Positions 61,307 through 64,000 of a stretch of 64,000 bases of DNA are shown here, piece after piece; position 1 is the first letter of the stretch, and every line of letters starts with the position of its first letter. Source of the stretch: Pedobacter sp. (GTDB lineage Bacteria > Desulfobacterota > Desulfuromonadia > Desulfuromonadales > Syntrophotaleaceae). A model generated the notes under the pieces. The model was not told where the DNA came from. It saw only the letters and a list, made by a program, of their open reading frames with translations, and made no database searches. The position numbers and the translations under genes are program-made. The stretch spans positions 32,001 through 96,000 of the forward strand of contig JBFWJC010000005.1 in NCBI GenBank assembly GCA_050253415.1, written 5' to 3'.

Positions 61307-63055
61307 ATGTCCCATCAATCTGAACTTATTGCTGAAGATATTCACGCATATCTTAAAAGCCAGGAAGAGAAGGGGTTGCTGCGCTTTATCACCTGCGGAA
61401 GCGTAGATGACGGCAAAAGCACTCTCATAGGTCGCCTTTTGTGGGATTCCAAGATGGTTTTTGAGGATCAACTCGCTACCCTGACGGCTGATAGTAAGAG
61501 AGTTGGCACCCAGGGGGAGAATATCGATTACGCGCTGCTCCTCGATGGCCTGCAGGCCGAACGGGAGCAAGGTATCACCATCGATGTCGCTTATCGTTAT
61601 TTTTCTACCGACAAGCGCAAGTTTATCGTGGCTGATACCCCGGGTCACGAGCAATACACCCGCAACATGGTTACCGGCGCTTCCACGGCACAGGTTGCGG
61701 TTATCCTCATCGATGCCCGTAAGGGGGTGTTGACTCAGACCCGACGCCATAGTTACCTTGTGTCGCTGGTGGGCATCCGTCACGTGGTTTTGGCCATCAA
61801 TAAAATGGATCTGGTCGACTACAGCGCCAAGCGTTTCGAGACTATCCGCCGCGAGTACCAATTGTTTGCATCCAGCCTCGGCTTCGACGATATCACCGCT
61901 ATCCCGATCTCCGCTCTTGAGGGGGATAATATCCTGAGTGCCAGTGAGCGCACCCCATGGTACGACGGACCGTCCCTGATGGAACATCTGGAAACGGTGC
62001 AGGTCGAAGATGCGGCAGCATCAAGGCCGTTTCGGTTGCCGGTACAGTGGGTTAATCGCCCCAACCTTGATTTTCGCGGGTTTTGCGGGACCGTCACTTC
62101 CGGGACCATTCGGCCCGGCGACGAGGTGGTGGTGACATCATCCGGTAAAACCAGCCGTGTAGCCCGTATTGTCACTATGAACGGCGACCTTGAGGAAGCG
62201 GTGGCCGGTCAGGCCATAACCCTCACGCTGGCCGACGAGATCGATATCAGCCGTGGTGATCTGCTGGCCGCACCGGATAAATGTCCGCAGCATAGCGATC
62301 AGTTTGAAGCAAGGCTCGTGTGGTTGCACGAGCAAGCTTTGACCACCGGTCGCAGCTATCTGCTCAAGACCTCGTCCGGTAGCGCACCGGCGCAGGTCCG
62401 GGAGGTGAAATTCAAGGTTAATGTCAACTCCCTTCAACAGGAGGAAGGCGATAGCCTGACGCTGAATGAAGTCGGTATTTGCCAGATTATCGTCAGCAAA
62501 AGCATCGCCTTTGATCCTTACCGTGAGAACAGGGCTACCGGCAGTTTTATCCTTATCGACAGATTGACCAATGCTACGGTTGCCGCAGGTATGATTGATC
62601 GGGCTCTGACCGGTGGCGCAGGAGCTGAATGGCAAACCCTTGCCATTGATAAAGCTTCCAGGGCTGCCATCAAAGGTCAACAACCTAAAATTTTGTGGTT
62701 CAGTGAACAACATGGTCGAAATCCAGTGAATATACCTGAGTTGCTGGAGAAAAAACTGCACAGTCTCGGGCGGCATACTTATCTGCTGGATAGCGCCGCG
62801 TTCCATAGCAACGTTGCGAATAATGATGCAGATCAGCAAGTCGTATTTCAAAGGTTGGTGGAGACGGCCGGAATTCTTGCCGATGCAGGGCTTATCGTGT
62901 TGGTGGACGCAACCACTTTGAAAGAGGCACCGCAGATTCCCGCTGAACTGTTGACGGAACAATGGGTGGAGCTCGGCAGTACGGAATGGTCCACCGATAA
63001 GGACCTTGACCATGATAAATTCATTGAAAAACTGGTCGAGAAGATTTTTGTCTGA
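61307..63055 (+). CDS. cysN: Sulfate adenylyltransferase subunit 1 with vestigial APS-kinase tail
   Basis: [17 protein letters not shown] and NKMD. The C-terminal CysC-like region lacks its P-loop. Confidence 0.95.
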   Translation: MSHQSELIAEDIHAYLKSQEEKGLLRFITCGSVDDGKSTLIGRLLWDSKMVFEDQLATLTADSKRVGTQGENIDYALLLDGLQAEREQGITIDVAYRYFSTDKRKFIVADTPGHEQYTRNMVTGASTAQVAVILIDARKGVLTQTRRHSYLVSLVGIRHVVLAINKMDLVDYSAKRFETIRREYQLFASSLGFDDITAIPISALEGDNILSASERTPWYDGPSLMEHLETVQVEDAAASRPFRLPVQWVNRPNLDFRGFCGTVTSGTIRPGDEVVVTSSGKTSRVARIVTMNGDLEEAVAGQAITLTLADEIDISRGDLLAAPDKCPQHSDQFEARLVWLHEQALTTGRSYLLKTSSGSAPAQVREVKFKVNVNSLQQEEGDSLTLNEVGICQIIVSKSIAFDPYRENRATGSFILIDRLTNATVAAGMIDRALTGGAGAEWQTLAIDKASRAAIKGQQPKILWFSEQHGRNPVNIPELLEKKLHSLGRHTYLLDSAAFHSNVANNDADQQVVFQRLVETAGILADAGLIVLVDATTLKEAPQIPAELLTEQWVELGSTEWSTDKDLDHDKFIEKLVEKIFV

Positions 63056-63196
63056 GCTTATTTGAAAATTCTTTCCATAAATTCCCCGGACACTATTGAC
63101 GTATATTTATGTCGGGGGCATATTGAAAAACGCCGGTCGGCTGGTAATGGCCGGCCGGCAGTACGTTTTCGGCCCTCCAACCAAGGAATTTGTCTG

Positions 63197-64000
63197 ATGA
63201 ACGATAGTGCAAATATCGATTACCGCAATTTTAAGATCAACGGCGTGTATCAGCAGAACGATACACCTGAGCTTATGGTAAGGGCAAAACTGCCGGCTGG
63301 TGTGCTTTCAGCTATTCAGGCTGATGCGATTTGTGATGCTTCCGAAAAGTATTCCAATGGCATGTTGCATTTGACCTGCCGGGGTAACATTGAAATTCAT
63401 GGTCTGCGTGGAGACATTTTACCTCAGGTGTTCCGGCTTTATAACGCCGTGGGATTGACCACCCGTGGCGCTTGCGGCGGGGCCGTGCGCAGCATCGCCT
63501 GCGCTACTGCAGAAGCGGATGGGTTTTCCCGGATTCAGGTATTAGCAAGGCGCCTGCACGATTACTTTACAGGGAATCCTCACTTTGAAGGCTTGCCCAA
63601 GAAGTTCAAGTTGGCGGTTGAAAATGGTTATCAGGGAGCGCGCCACCTCTGCCAGGATCTGGTGATGGTTTATCTCGGAGAGGAAGACGGTCGGGATCTG
63701 TGTGATGTGTGGGTAGCCGGTGGTCTCGGACGTCAACCGCAGGAAGGGTTTCTGCTGGCCGGACGGGTTCCCTTTGAGCGCCTCATCCCCCTCATCGAAG
63801 GCGTGATAAAAGTTTATCAAAAGAATACTCCGGCAGGCAAACGTCTCAAACATCTGCTTGCCGATATCGGTGAGACTGAATTTCGCACGCTGCTTTCCAA
63901 AGAAACCAGCGGTGCGCCGGTTTGTCCCGTTGCCACCCCCCTGGAGGCTGCTTTAGGTCAAGCTTCCGCGCCCGGAGCTTGCGGTTGGATTGAATTGCCT
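63197..64000 (+). CDS. Siroheme nitrite/sulfite reductase, N-terminal part (runs off the window edge)
   Basis: Not in the ORF track. MNDSANIDY...GVYQQ...LMVRAKLPAG...LHLTCRGNIEIHG...GACGGAVRSIAC...LPKKFK...AGGLGR. Confidence 0.85.
   Translation, partial: MNDSANIDYRNFKINGVYQQNDTPELMVRAKLPAGVLSAIQADAICDASEKYSNGMLHLTCRGNIEIHGLRGDILPQVFRLYNAVGLTTRGACGGAVRSIACATAEADGFSRIQVLARRLHDYFTGNPHFEGLPKKFKLAVENGYQGARHLCQDLVMVYLGEEDGRDLCDVWVAGGLGRQPQEGFLLAGRVPFERLIPLIEGVIKVYQKNTPAGKRLKHLLADIGETEFRTLLSKETSGAPVCPVATPLEAALGQASAPGACGWIELP

Overview
The window looks like a Desulfuromonadales-type deltaproteobacterial chromosome (inferred from gene content) and has two parts. Bases 1-~47160 are an accessory island. 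It holds a dense c-di-GMP, two-component and sigma54 signalling cargo: GGDEF/EAL/HD-GYP proteins, MshEN proteins, an orphan MglA GTPase, a REC-PilB ATPase, sensor-type solute-binding proteins and a GEMM-I riboswitch. It also carries several IS remnants and, at its right end, a Tn554-like operon of three tyrosine recombinases plus TnpC-like and RecD2-like genes. Bases ~47164-64000 are housekeeping backbone: Sua5/YciO, Na/Pi cotransporter, ppx, iorAB, paaK, ACT protein, tRNA-Pro, mlaA, arsC, cysH-cysD-cysN and a sulfite reductase. Main finding: the backbone begins with an unannotated 3' half of a dUTPase gene (47164-47352, DADYRG...GGFGHTG), while the first gene of the recombinase operon is a complete, divergent dut (46547-47008). 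This fits an integrative element that inserts into dut and carries its own replacement. Also notable are an A20-type (possibly cGAMP-sensing) GEMM riboswitch over c-di-GMP enzymes, and a GCAACAATTGTTGC operator 78-79 bp upstream of three sigma54 promoters. All calls come from reading the sequence; no database searches were run.
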